A stretch of 64,000 nucleotides of DNA. Origin: Lama glama (Eukaryota). The translations under genes and the position numbers were made by a program. The notes under the pieces are model-generated. The model was given only the letters and a program-made list of their open reading frames with translations, did no database searches and was not told the origin of the DNA. Positions 23,611 to 36,869 of this stretch are shown here, piece after piece. Each line of letters starts with the position of its first letter. Position 1 is the stretch's first letter. The stretch lies in NCBI GenBank assembly GCA_028534125.1, contig CM052816.1, forward strand, positions 26,786,001 through 26,850,000. Reading direction: 5' to 3'.

Positions 23611-26564
23611 ATAAGAGACTGCTATTGTTTAGGAAATACTATACATGGCTTTTTCAACTGGAAGATTTAGTCAAGATCCTGCAGCTATTACGTGTTTCAG
23701 CAATAGGATCAACCAACATTTACTGCTATTTGGACAGCTCCACTTAAAGGGTCAGTAACAACTTTACACTAAGTGTAAATCAGTGTATATACTGAAAAAA
23801 ATCTATAGACTTCTTCCACTTAGGGAGCCCTGCTAAATAGCTGGCATAATGGCATAACCATGTCAGTCCTCAGATATCCAAATTATGCAGTTTCAGGAGA
23901 AATCTAATGGAGAACTGTAAGAGTGCATTTTCATATATATTTATTTTTGAAAGAGTCTGCCAGAGAAATGATTGCACATAGGTCTTACCCTTCCTACCCA
24001 TCCTCCCTTTTTTTTTCACAAAGACCATGGAAAATGCATCAAACATCGTGCAATAATGTCTGAAATTAATATAACTATTCTTAAGGGTCATTATTATAAT
24101 GTACCATGGCTTCTCCCCCCATAAGCACACATTGTTTAAATAACAATGAGATTGATGATGAAATGTCAATCACACAGCTGATGAGGAACAGCTAGGCAGG
24201 ACGATGCAAAAGCTACAAAACAAATGACAAAAGGAAGGTTACATCGTATCTTGTATATAAATAATTCTATATAATGCATTGTTTTCAGCCACAACTTACA
24301 TTCGGAACTGTCCCATGTCTCACAGGGTTTTGGAATTCTGTGACCCAGTTAGGACATATAAATGGATTGAGCTACTACAGAGGTCACCAGTCCTAGCAGG
24401 AGACCTCAGTCCTACACTAGTGTTCAACCCTTCTGCTGTTCTGTCTCTGGAGAGGGGTCGTCTGGACAGCCAGCCTTGCCTAGGGCTCTTACAATTCCTT
24501 ACATAGCCCACTGTACCCACCAGAGCTTAAGAAATAAAAAATAGAGGAAAAGAAAAGTATTTAGGGTTATACTTTTTTCATTAAACAAGTATTTACTGAG
24601 CATCTGTTTTGTTAGGCACCAGGATATGGCAGTGAATACCATGGGTCCAGCAGAGTGGGGACTGCTGGAGATAGTGATAAACAAGTAAACACACACATAA
24701 CTTAAACTTGCCTTAGCATGTAGTGATAAGGAACTGAAAAACTCTGCACTCTCTAAATGCTTTCCCATCCATCCTCCACCCACCCACTGATCTGTCCATC
24801 TAAAATGTTTACTCTTTTCTTGATTATAAAGTGAAAAAATGAAAAATTCATAAAATGGAGAGAAAAAAACCCTTCCTCTATCCAGAGGCATACTTTCATT
24901 ACTATTTCAGTTAATTTCCTTCAAATCATTTGACCTTCATCTAAATTTTTACCTGAGGACATTTTTGGGGTGCCCAGAAGTTCATCAAAAGTACTAAGAC
25001 TCATGAGACACATTTATTAGTTCCAAAAAATTTCTGCTGTAATACAAGTTGCAATGATTATCTACTCATTTCTAGATCTCTGTTTAAAAGGATAACACCC
25101 ATTTGAATAATAAAGCTTAATGTTGTAACAAATACAGAGCTGCTCACCCAGGCAATAGTTTTAATTATATGAACAAGTGGTAGCTTCCAGATTAAAAAAA
25201 AAGAGAACAGGAGAAGGGGGAACATTCTTATCTCCACCCCCACCTTTTAAAATAAATTAAATCAATAACTAGTGTGGGACACTTTTAATGACCTGAACTA
25301 CTTAATTTCCAGGATCTTTAGACATGTCATCCATCACTGCAGTATGGAGGAAGACATCTCCTGAGTGTTCAGGGGGTTACTTTGGTTTTATTAATGCAAG
25401 ATTTAGGGAATTTTAACAAGGTGAATTGTTTATTTGCCTTGACAGATTGGCTTACAATGCACTGGCTACATCTACAGCATGATCATTAATGACAAAAGAC
25501 AGGCAAAAGCTGTTTACACTGCAACACCAGGATGGGAATTAATCCTGCTCAGCCTCCCCAAACAGAGAATCCAAACAGAGGATTACACTGTTTTAGGTCA
25601 GATATATTTGCCAAAAAAAGAGAATATAGAATACTCCAAAAGTCCATGAGCATTTTTGTTAAATGTTCACTGAATATTCTCAAATAATATTTTCCACAAA
25701 ACAATTACCAGTTTGGATTTCAGGATTTACAGTTATAAGAAAGGAGCATTGGCAGGGTGGTGAGTTAAGCATTCAGGTATGTGGAGGGAATATTTCCTAA
25801 ACTCTGTCAAGAAGACTTATAAGAAAATAATTAATACTTAACCCCAAACAGAGATAGAGGGTAATATAGCAGAATTTATCTAATTTAATACAGTAGGTAC
25901 AAGTGAAATGACCATCATTAGTACAGAGATGTAAAACAGAAATTAAATTACTTAACCAAATCTTTGGTTCATAAACACATGATCTAATTCCATGAGAGAC
26001 CCAGCAGTGAAGTGGGGCCTCATGACTGTTTCATTTAAATCTTCTCCAGTTTCTTGAAAAGCTTTTGTCAAGAAGGAACACTCTTTGAAGCTGCACCCTG
26101 GGCCAGCCAACAGGCTTGGAACAGTATGATTTAAAGCACCCAATCTTACTCAATAGACAAGCTCTTAATTTAAAAATTTTACATTTTCAATTAAGAGCTT
26201 ATCAATTACATTTTTGAGTCAAATCATATATCCCTGCTGTTTTAGCTTGCTTATCTTTCTTTTTGATTAATCTTCAGTGGTTAGTCATTTTCATTCTTCA
26301 GAGAGGCAGTGTGGTGTATGTCACAGGAAGTATGTGCCTTGAGAGCAAGGCCTGCGTCCAAACACCTCCTCTGTCTACCTGAGAGGTTACTGTGAGGATC
26401 AGATGACGTCTCCAGGAATCCCTGGCACACAACTGCATTCAATAAATGTTAATTCAGTTCCCTTTGAATCTTTCTGTTGTATCAGTTCCTAAAAAACTGT
26501 TTTATCGATTTTGGAAGTTTGGATTACTATCCATCTAACAAACACAGCCTCTTAGTCTGCTACG

Positions 26565-26690
26565 ATTTGTGGATCCCTTTGAAAATGATGAAAGCTGAGA
26601 ATCTGGCTTGCTGAAAAACACACATATGTATGTATCTAAACATGCTGCCAGTGGCAGGGGGTTCACAGGAGCCTGGCGACCTAGACAAGG
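26565..26690. mobile_element. hAT-Charlie fragment (Charlie4z-like)
   Basis: ggatccctttgaaaatgatgaaagct...aaaaacacacata...cagggggttcacag resembles the remembered Charlie4z consensus. Confidence 0.5.
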
Positions 26691-29399
26691 ACACGAGCTT
26701 ACAGCCCAGGGTGGCAGCTACGCAGCCGGGCACACTCTTCATCTGGCCTGGAGCCTGAAGCACTGCTGGGCCTGTGTGGGATGCCAGCTCCTCAAAGGAC
26801 ATGTGCGCCTTCTTGTCTCAGTTTTCTGCCTCTTTGTCAATTAGAACCCCACTGGAGTGTGCGCCGCCTTGCGATTAGAATTCATGAGTGCTTTCAGCTC
26901 CAGGCTGCAGCTGTAAGTATCTGTCGGGTCATGAGGTTCCCTTGGTGGAGGATTTCTTCTGAAAGACCAAAATTTACTGCTGTACTGGATTTAGAAAGCA
27001 GGTTATATTTATGGCTTCTGTGTCTTCTATATGCTACTCTAGAATTCAACAGGCTCTGGTTTTGAGGGTCAGCCAAAAATGAGGGAAAAATAAGATTTAA
27101 ACTCAATTACTGCAGAGTTGAGCTGATGAAGCCCTAGTGCCCTACACCTACCAAGCAATGAAAATGACTAGGAGATTCAAAATCGTTTCCATAAGAAGAG
27201 GTCACTCAACAGTGGGTACCAAGCATGGAACAAGGCAGAGGAGGACATGACATGGTCTTTAAGGTAACTAACCATTCTGTCAGGATGGCAGCAATTTTCA
27301 AAGCTTCACCAACAAAAAGAAAGTACCATCCAAACCAGCAGAGAAGGAATCTGTGTAACAAAACTCGGAAAAATGGCCCATGTATGAGAAGAGTGGGCAT
27401 CATGAGAACTCCTAAATATCTGGGTTCTAACCATCTTTTAGTTGCTCTTTCATACACATGCAGACTGAAGATGCTATAAAAATAACAGAAAAATACAGTA
27501 AAGAAATCTCCATCCAATTTATCACTTAGGAAGTACACACACTATAAATCAGGTTACTACTAAGATGCAGATAGGAAATGGGGTTAAATCAAAGAACTGT
27601 AACAAGTGTGTGATATACTATGTAACAGACTTTGCTATGACTATATCCAACTCTGTAGGCATTAAAACGGGGCACCTGAGTGTACCTTGTAAGGAGCAAA
27701 AAATAATGATTATTTTTTTTACAACGTTACCCAGTTACAGAAGAACAAATGACTTTCCTTAAAATAGATCAGATATTCCTTTCGAAATATCATTCTAAGC
27801 AAAGAATGGAAACAATCTCATGCTTTATGAAAACATTTACCAAAAAACTACCTGAGTGGGGGCAGGAAAACAATAGCACCGGTGCCAGCATCCCCTGGCA
27901 AGCTCAGTGTTTACTCCAGGAGAAATGTCTCTTTTATTGAAAAGGTGCAATTATCATCATGCAACACAAATCATGAAACCCTGATTTTTCTACCTTATCA
28001 GCTTTATAAAATCATGTTCCCAAAGGATACCATTGATTAGTTGCACATGTTCTCTCAGTGACATCCCAAATACTTAATTGTCAGTTATCTTTTCTTCTTC
28101 AGTAAGTAAAATGTAGTCACAAAATTACAGAGGGACCTGTTCTGCCTTAACCTTCGCTAGATGCCATCATGCAGTGGAAAACACTGGTAAAATATCACAG
28201 GATAACACTGTCCGACAAGGGAGACATATAAACACTGTAATGATTTCCCACGAGTTTCCATTTTAGAAAATTGTCACTAAGGCGAGCATAAACGGTGACA
28301 CATCTCCACCGAGGACACGGCGAAATCGAACGCTGGCATTCTAGTTAAGTCTAAACCTACCCAGCAGCCAATTATAATGGGAACTGAACATCGTGCTGAA
28401 AACTTGGACAAGACCACTTTGCTAACCTTCCAAGATCACAGCACAAAGCTGCATTGTTTTCACTGATATGATCCTTTTATTTTCTTTTCAAAACACTTTT
28501 TTTAAAAAAAATCCACATTTCTTCCCATTGTCTATCAAGGTTTGTTATAAATTGCCAGGAAACTCTCTGTCATAAAAGCCAGGGTCCTGAACTAAGTCAG
28601 GAGGTTTCTAAGAGTCCTGAAAGCTCTTTCCCTATTCCATCTAGTTTGGTTTGAAATGTCTGATGGCTGGGGTGACAAAGTTCACGACAGTTTTTCCTTT
28701 CTTCACCAGGGAAGACTCTTCACACCATCACCACTTCAGAGGTGCAGCTAAGAACAGGGAGGGAGAAAAATCAATACCTCCTCACTGCAGTAAGTGGGCC
28801 GCAGTGTTACTGTCCTCTGGGAATGAAACCTACCAGCTCACTGAGGCTTTGCCGTCCTCGGTCCTCCACTTACCCACTCCCTAGCACTTGCTCACAATTT
28901 CACAAAATGAGCCACAGTAAGGTTACCAAAGGACACTTTAAAAAAGTCAGTAAACAGATCTAAGAAGGCTCATGACTACCCAAAAAATAAAAATCAGATG
29001 TGCTTTGGAAGAACCATTGCACCATGCATCCCTCTTTGTGTGCCACATTCCCAAGATGTGTCTGTGTCTGGTGAAAACTGTGCTAGTCATAGATTCAAAC
29101 AGACATCTGCTATCATTTCACAAGGCTTTACAGACTCCCTTGCAAGAAATCTGAGGACCTGCACTAAAGCTGGATACTGACAAGGGCCTATTTAAAATGG
29201 CAAAGCATCTGTACAAAGAAACAACGTGATTTGGCCTAAGAAAGATTGGTCAAAAGAAATCTAATTTCTGATGATATGTCTAAAAAGATAAGACTAGCTA
29301 TGGGACAAAAGAAACTGGAAAACCAACCATCTTTTGAATTATTTTAATATCAAAATCTATGTTCACTGTGTTTCTGGAATATCTATTCATATAAAAAAA

Positions 29400-29960
29400 T
29401 GTATTTACCATGTCATACTAGGTACAACCACTGGCACAATGGTTAGCTGAACAATCACCATGCTACCCGCCCAGGACTTACAGTCTAGTGGGGAAGATGG
29501 AGGGAATTCAAATAATCACAGTGATGAATGTGAGATTACAAACTAAGTACCTTGAAGGGAAGTAACTCATTTCTTCAAGCGTTAGTAACAAAGCACCCTA
29601 GTAGCCTGTGAGGCGAGGAAAGCTCTCCTGGGAAAGTGACCCTTGAGCTGGGAGTTGAATGAGCTAAGAGGTAAAGGGAGTGGGATAGTTCGGATGTAAA
29701 GTACAGCGTGTCTGAAGGCCTGTGGAAGGTGGAAGCGTGGGATTATAAAAATGGAAAGGCCAGTGTGGCTGTGCCCGAGACAATAATGAAGCCGAGCAAA
29801 AAAGTCGGAGAGGATGAGCAGGGCTTCTGGGTCACGTGAAGGATTTTGCTTTCGCCTTTGGATTTCGGGGCTATGAAGGGGTGTTACCTGGGTGAGTGAC
29901 AGATAAGGAATCTAGGTATACACGACATGATCTGATTTGTATTTTGACTACCACTGGAGA
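29400..29960 (-). mobile_element. L2 LINE fragment
   Basis: ggacttacagtctagtggggaaga, ggaaagtgacccttgagctg, gaaaggccagtgtggctg, gacatgatctgatttgtatttt. Confidence 0.75.
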
Positions 29961-32900
29961 AGCAATGGTGCTCCTCAGATCCAGTGATGGCGTATCAACT
30001 CCTCTCTTTGGTTGTCTCTAAACTGCTTCTTAATCAATCCATTGATTAAGGATCCATTCTTTATAAGGACATATAGTTCTAGGTCAATAGACTATTACTC
30101 CAACTGCAGTGCACTAAAGAGTTGATAATAACCAGTAAGGCCCAATCTACCCAAACAACACTATTGGGACAGTCCACCATAGCCTTGTTTACCTTTTTAC
30201 TAGGGTATAGTTACTAGGGGCTCAGAACAGCTAAATCACCTGTGTAAGGATTCTTAAAGGGTAAGGAGGCAGGCAGGATTGGAATTCAGGTCTCTCTAGC
30301 TCTGAAATTACTGAACAACTGATTTATCTATTCACTGCACCATTCATTCATTCCATAAATATTTATTGACATTTACTGCATGCATAACAGCACTGGGATA
30401 CAGACTTTAGTTCCTATCTTAGTAAATTTTATTTGAATCTTTTATCTTTTCCAATATATATTTTCTACTGTATTTATAAATTTAATGTATCCCAGAGATG
30501 AATTTAAAGGAGCCACTGAAATTAGCTCCCTTAAAATACAGCCCTACTTTTCTTTAGATTTAAAACTTTTCTTAACATCTCAACTAGTTTTCACAAGTAT
30601 ATAAAGACTCCAAGATGAAGAAAAACAATAAATTCCATTAATTTCTGTCCTATATTAAAAAAAAAACTGAACACAAAACAAAAGTAAAAACTAAAAGGAT
30701 CTGGCCTTACAACATTTCAAAATCTATCTGACAACTGCTGACCAATTCTTTTTTGACTGGATAAAATACTTTAAAGCCACATTTTATATACTTTTGATTC
30801 ATTTAAATTACCTAACTACATGCTGAAGAACAATGGGGCTCAATTACACATCATAGATAACACCAGATTTATGAGGCATTTTCTTGACCATCCAATAGGA
30901 AAAAAAAAAACTTAAAAGCTATTATAAACTAGCTACTTACTTGTAAGTCAAAACTAAGATCAGGGGACTAACACATTTGAATAAAACCATGTATTACAAA
31001 GCAAACCAAAACTGATTTAGTAATTCAAATCATGTGGTCTGATACCAACTGAAATACAAATTATATAATATGCTTATGGAAGCCCTGTCTTATTACTTTA
31101 AAGAAGAAATAGTAATCAAAACTAGGCTTGTAAGATGTTGCCTGGAGAGGGCCTCAGGAGACGGGTTTTTAATGAAAGATTTACAATTAGCACAGCCTAT
31201 GTGTGTTGAGGAGTTGATGTTTTTAAAGTGTGTGAAGTGCTTGAAAACAATTTGCTCTCCTAAGTCCCTTAAACATTCTCCCAACTATTTTATTTCTCTG
31301 ATTTATCTCACATTCTCTTTCTTTACACTGAAAACTCTAACCCAGCTCCAGCACAGCTGAGTTTCAAGAGGTGTATTTTAGATCAATTAGGCCTTCTTAG
31401 GTATACACATTCTCACCGCACTTTAGCTAAGCCATAGCGTAACTGGGCAAAATCTATTGTTTTAAATGAAGACTCCCACCAGTATTTTATATTTGCCCAG
31501 TTATAAGCACTGCAGTGACCTTTCTGTTTAAATGCTAGTGTTATGCAAATAATGTTTTACTTGAATTTAAGAACTTAAAATGAGTAAATTTTGTAGTGCA
31601 TGGTACTCAGTGGGGACACAGTGGGAAGTGGCTAGAGAGTGAAGCAGAGACTTATTTCAAGATGCAGTGCCAAGTCCTCAGAGAAATGTATCACAAACGA
31701 AAAGTGGCCCTTGTGGAGATGGTTCACAGGTCTAAAGTTAAAAACAAATCTATACAGGAAATAATAAAGAAAGTGGGGAAGAGGCCCTTGACCTCTTGAC
31801 TACAACAGATAAAAAAAAAAAGTAGTCAATGAAATTGTTCACATAACACACACAGGTGGGTTAGTAGTATCCCAAAGGGAATACATGAAGGGAGATGAAC
31901 ATAACAGGATGACAGATGAGACAGGGGGCTTCTATGTGCATGGCTGCTGGTCCCTACTCAGTAGGTCTGAGCAGGAGCCTGTTTTCTGAGTTCATGGAAA
32001 GAAGAAATGCCTACTCCAGCCCTTCTCCCACATCGGATGCTGAAATAAATCCCCCCATAACTTGGGAGTTACGTGACAGATGTTTATTCAGGGATTTACC
32101 CTCAACAATGAACACGGACCCTTTCTTGGGAGGGTTCTAGATATTAGCAGGCTTTCTGAGGGCTCCCAGTTTCCCAGGAAGTAGGCACAGAATGACTGCA
32201 CAGAGAGCTGATCTACACTTAAGAAGAAACACTTGAATTCTCAGCCTGCCTTCCACCACTGGAGGCTGTGGTGCCGACTCTGAGCTCCTATGCTCGTCTT
32301 CTTCCTTGTTAATGGAGCACCAGTTTAGCTGGGGATGGGACAAGCTGCCCAGCTGAGAAAAGCAAACAAGAACAAACACCAATGACAGTAACACCCAATC
32401 CTGGCATTTCCCAGAATCCCTTGCCATGTGACACAGACCTGGCCACTAAGATGTCAGTGGAAGTCACTGGGCGGGAAATATCCAAAAAGCTCCCTAAAAG
32501 TGAATGGTCAGGCTCCACTGGCCCTCATCTTTTTGCTTATCTGTCCACCCCTTTCCTCTCTCCTCTTGCCTGGAATGTGAGCACAGTCTCTGAGCTCAGC
32601 TGTCATCTTGTGATCATGATGGAACAGTCAAAAGAATCAAACAGATCCAATCCCTGACAATCTTGAGCTACTCAAACAAACCCCACAATTACCTACCACT
32701 GGGTAATGCTTGAGAAAATAATACGCCTGAGAAAGAGAAACCCCAATTTTAGTTAAGTCCTTTTACATGGACAGTTACCTGTGGAACCCAAACCCCTATT
32801 GATACAGACTTCTTGCCTCTGCAGATTGAAAAGTCCTATTTTTTGGTCCAAAGAGCAGAGTACTGGGTAGAATACTTTAACAAAGAGAGAGAAGAAAAGA

Positions 32901-35023
32901 AAAAGTCCAGCTCTGCTACTTTATTTTTAAATTACTACTTTAGTACCTGTTGGAATACTCTAAAAAGAAAGGAAAGAAATAAGTAAGGATGGAAGGAAGG
33001 ACAGACAAATCCTGATATTTTTATTTTTAACTCACTACTTTAAAAAAGTCCACAACATAAAGAATAGCCTATGCAAAATGAAAAAGCAATTAGGTTCACA
33101 CATACATTGCACTGTCCATAAAAAGTAGGAAAAGGACCAATGTAAGAAAAATGTGTCTGCCTAACACAGCAGGTGCCAAGAACACATAATTACTAAATAG
33201 TAAAGAAATCAAGCATATAGGTAATGAGATGAGACTAAATAAAGAAAAATGTAAGCTGATTATCCAGAAAAATGTCCTATCAGATTGGGTCTATCAAACA
33301 AATCATAGACAGTATCCCTATGGAAATGGAAAGTGTTTCATTAAACTTATTTTACAAAGGATTGTCCAAATTACTGGAGAATGAGCCACAGGGAATAATT
33401 TAGCATTGGCTGGTGGAAGAAAATACAATTCTACTTTAACACATCTTTTAAATCACAAATTTTATGATCTTTTAACAGCTTTCTATTAAGAGCAATTAAA
33501 GGGAGAAAGCAAAGGTTTACAATGATATGCTAGCAAATTAGAATAACTGTTTACATTTTCAAGCAGAAGTTTTATATTTTGAAGATCTTAGCAAAGTCTG
33601 AGGGTGAAACACTAATTTTTTTTTTTTTAAAGGAAGAAAAAGAAGAAGAAGCTGGAAGACATGCCTCTGGTGTCCAAAGATAACATTTCTGGATTCATTT
33701 CTGCTCCCTTCCATGGCTGTCCCTGGTACACAGCCTGCTGAGGAACCCCACAGCGGTAGGGCTAGGCGGAAGTGCAGGAGAAACACGAGGGTACAGATGC
33801 AACAGAGGAACCAACACACAACAACCTGCACACTTTGTCAGACCTATACACTAACTTGAGTTGACCAGACTAACCATCCCAAGTAGTGGTCTGCTCAAAC
33901 ACCCTCACCCCCAGCTGGGCCCAGCAGTGCCCCAGGGAGGGACCCAGGAGCAGCTGACAGGTATGTTCCTATTTATTGCCAGCAAATCTTTTTTGTGTAT
34001 GTTTCCCCAAGGTTCAGGTGGGTGGCATCACCTGGGGACAGCCACAGATCAAGTGAAAACTACACCTCATTATTTTATAGTTACTAAGAAATGGTACATA
34101 GGTTGTTGCAGTTGACAAGAATCGTATGCACTTCTGAACACTGATTCACTTCAGTTGTTTAAAACTAAGCTAAGGCAAGTTTCTCAGGTTCGCCATGCTT
34201 CTATAAGGTCAATAATATTATCTATCTCAGAGGTCACAGTCACGATAAAATAAGATTCTTGCCTTTAGAGCATGCTACAGTGCCTGCTGTACTGTAAGCA
34301 CTTAATAAATATTATTAGTTAATATTCTTATAGTAGTAGTAGTTTAAGATGAACAAAAATAATCTGACTACTACAGAAGCTGAATAATTTAAACAGCTGA
34401 TTTAAAGAAAGTAAACATTTTCTTAAATGGTTTTACTTGTGTTATTCATTTTTTAAAAAGCATGTGCTTTTTGTATGTGTCCAACTATCTTGCAATTTCC
34501 TGCCATATCTCAATGAATACACTAATGCATGCTCACAGGCTAAAGTGTTTGTTCAATGGAATTTTTACTCAGAACTCATTTAGTCAGATTTTCAAAGCAC
34601 AACCTTTGTGGACTGAAGAGCTCGGACATGACCTAGCTGTGCTATACGGAGCTCTTCTTTGCAACAGCGCTGCCCCTTGACTATCAGTGGAACCTCCAAA
34701 CCATTGCTCTACAGATTTCTCACTCCCATCAGCCCTTTCTGACTCTTCTCTCTTCCTTTCCAGCTGAAGATTCCATGATCTACTATCATAACCAGTTCCC
34801 TAAAATGCCTCCAACCCCATCAAGGTTCCCTCCCTCTGCTGAACGCAGCACCCCCTGGCATCTCTTACCTCTTACCCTTACTCTTACCTGGCATCTCTTA
34901 ATCCTGGCAGTCTCAACCCAAGTTGCTAAAAGCCACAAGAAAAACACACAGTACAAAGAAACTGATATCACTTGAAATTCAAGCTCTTATCTACAAAATA
35001 CGTCTTGCTACTTTTCTCTAGAT

Positions 35024-35223
35024 CAGTGGTTTTCAAATTTCAGCCAGCATCAGAATCACCGAGAGGGTGTGTTAAAACACAGATTGCTGGGTTCCACTTC
35101 CCAGTAAGTTTCTGATCCAATAGGTCTGGGATGGGGCCTCAGAATTTGCGTTTCAGAGAACTTCTCAAGTTCCCAGGTGATGCTGATGCTTCTGGTCCAG
35201 GAATCACACTTTGAGAACCACTG
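35024..35223. mobile_element. Full-length MER5A MITE with terminal inverted repeats
   Basis: cagtggttttcaaa...tttgagaaccactg termini; degenerate 8-bp TSD ctctagat / ctccagag. Confidence 0.92.
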
Positions 35224-35239
35224 CTCCAGAGGAATGACC

Positions 35240-36700
35240 AACACCCATTTCACATCTTCTCCTCTTCTCTTTAAATCTCCCTTACACTTACCTCCATTTT
35301 CCCTCTCAGCTGAGAGCCACTCTTCACATTTCAATGAGAATACAGAGGCCACCAGACTTGATGTCCCTCATCTACACTTCTACTCTATCTACATAACTCT
35401 CCATCAACCTCTCCTCCTTCCTCTGCTACAGTAGAGGAAGTAACCTTTCCCTCCACTGCCTACTGACTCTCTAGTTCTTTCCATCCATCCATCCTTCTAT
35501 CTCTGCTGAATCATTCCTATCAGCATATGAACATGCTCCAGTATCTCATTTTAAAACAACAGAACATAAATAAACCAAAAAAAAAAAACTCTCAGAGAAA
35601 ACAGCTTATTTCTCTGCTTCTTTTCATAGCAAAAGTTCTCAGGATTGTTCTACAGATGCAGTTTCCCTTTCTCATCTCCAGTTCATCTATTACTCTACCC
35701 TCTACATACTGGCCTTGGCTCTCACCATTTTCAGCTTGTCAAGGTCACAGATCTCTTCTGTGTTGCTAAATTCAATAGCCACTTTTGTCCTTATCATACT
35801 CAACATCTGAGCAGTCAGCACTCAACCAAAACCTTCTCCCACTTCCTGAAATACTCTTTTCTTTGTTTCTGCAACCTTTCTGATTTCCTCTGATTTTCAC
35901 TCTCCTTTGTTGCCTCTTCCTTTTCCACCTGGCCTCAAAATGTTGGGATTTTTCGACGCTTAGCCAATGCCCTCTGGTCTCCACATACTTCTGTCTTAAA
36001 TGAATGTACCAATAGCCATAGATTTTAAAACCTTGATGCTGATGAGATGCAAATTCACATCTCCGGGCTGGAACTCTCTTCTGGGTTCCAGACTCAGAAC
36101 GAAATACTTATTCAAAATCTCCACTTGAACTTCTTATAGATATCTTCAACTCAAAATGTGCAGAGAATTTCTTTACACACACACACGCACACACACACGC
36201 ACCTGCCACTCCCTCCTCCATTCCCTTTCTTCATCTCAGCAAATGATAGCACCACCCACCCAGCTGCCAAAGCTGATGGCTTCCTTTCCCCCACCTTCCA
36301 CAGCCTGCCTATCATCAGTGTCACCACTCGCTCATACAGCTACAGCCCTGGTGGTCTTCAAAGACACAAATGGGCCATGTTCCTTCCACCCACAGCCTCT
36401 GCAGGTGCTGTTCCCTTAGCCTTCTTCTAGTGCTCAACACGGTTAACTTTCCCCAGTCTTAGGTCTTAGTCTAAACATTGCCTCGGAGGTGCCTTCTCTG
36501 ACCACTCGAACTCCAGTAGTTGTCTCACTCCCTGATTATCTTTTTCTTACTCTTTTATTTTTTGTTTCCTTTACAGCACCTGCAATTATTTCATTTATAA
36601 GTTTACTTGGTTTCTGTCCATTCAACTCCAGCTCCTAGATGGCAGGACTGAGCCTGCCTCACTCACCCTTCATCTCTGCATCTTTGACAGTGCTTGAATG
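35240..36700 (+). mobile_element. L2 LINE fragments
   Basis: tcttcacatttcaatgagaa, ctgaatcattcctatcagcatatgaacatgct, cttgtcaaggtcac, gatgctgatga...caaatt, gccttctctgaccactc. Confidence 0.75.
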
Positions 36701-36780
36701 CACAAGGGTTATTCCAGAGGCAGAATCCACAGAGGCAAATACTGAGGAGGCAACTTTTGCCCTAATATAAAGAGAAACTT

Positions 36781-36869
36781 GCTTTGCTGTACACCTGAAA
36801 CTAACATTGTACATCAACTACACTTCCATAAAAAATAAAATTTAAAAAAATCAAGAAAATTTAAAAAAT
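36781..36869 (+). mobile_element. Extremely 5'-truncated L1 (3' tail only) with 16-bp TSD
   Basis: ctttgctgtacacctgaaactaacattgtacatcaactacacttcc plus A-rich tail, flanked by atataaagagaaactt at 36765-36780 and 36870-36885. Confidence 0.88.
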
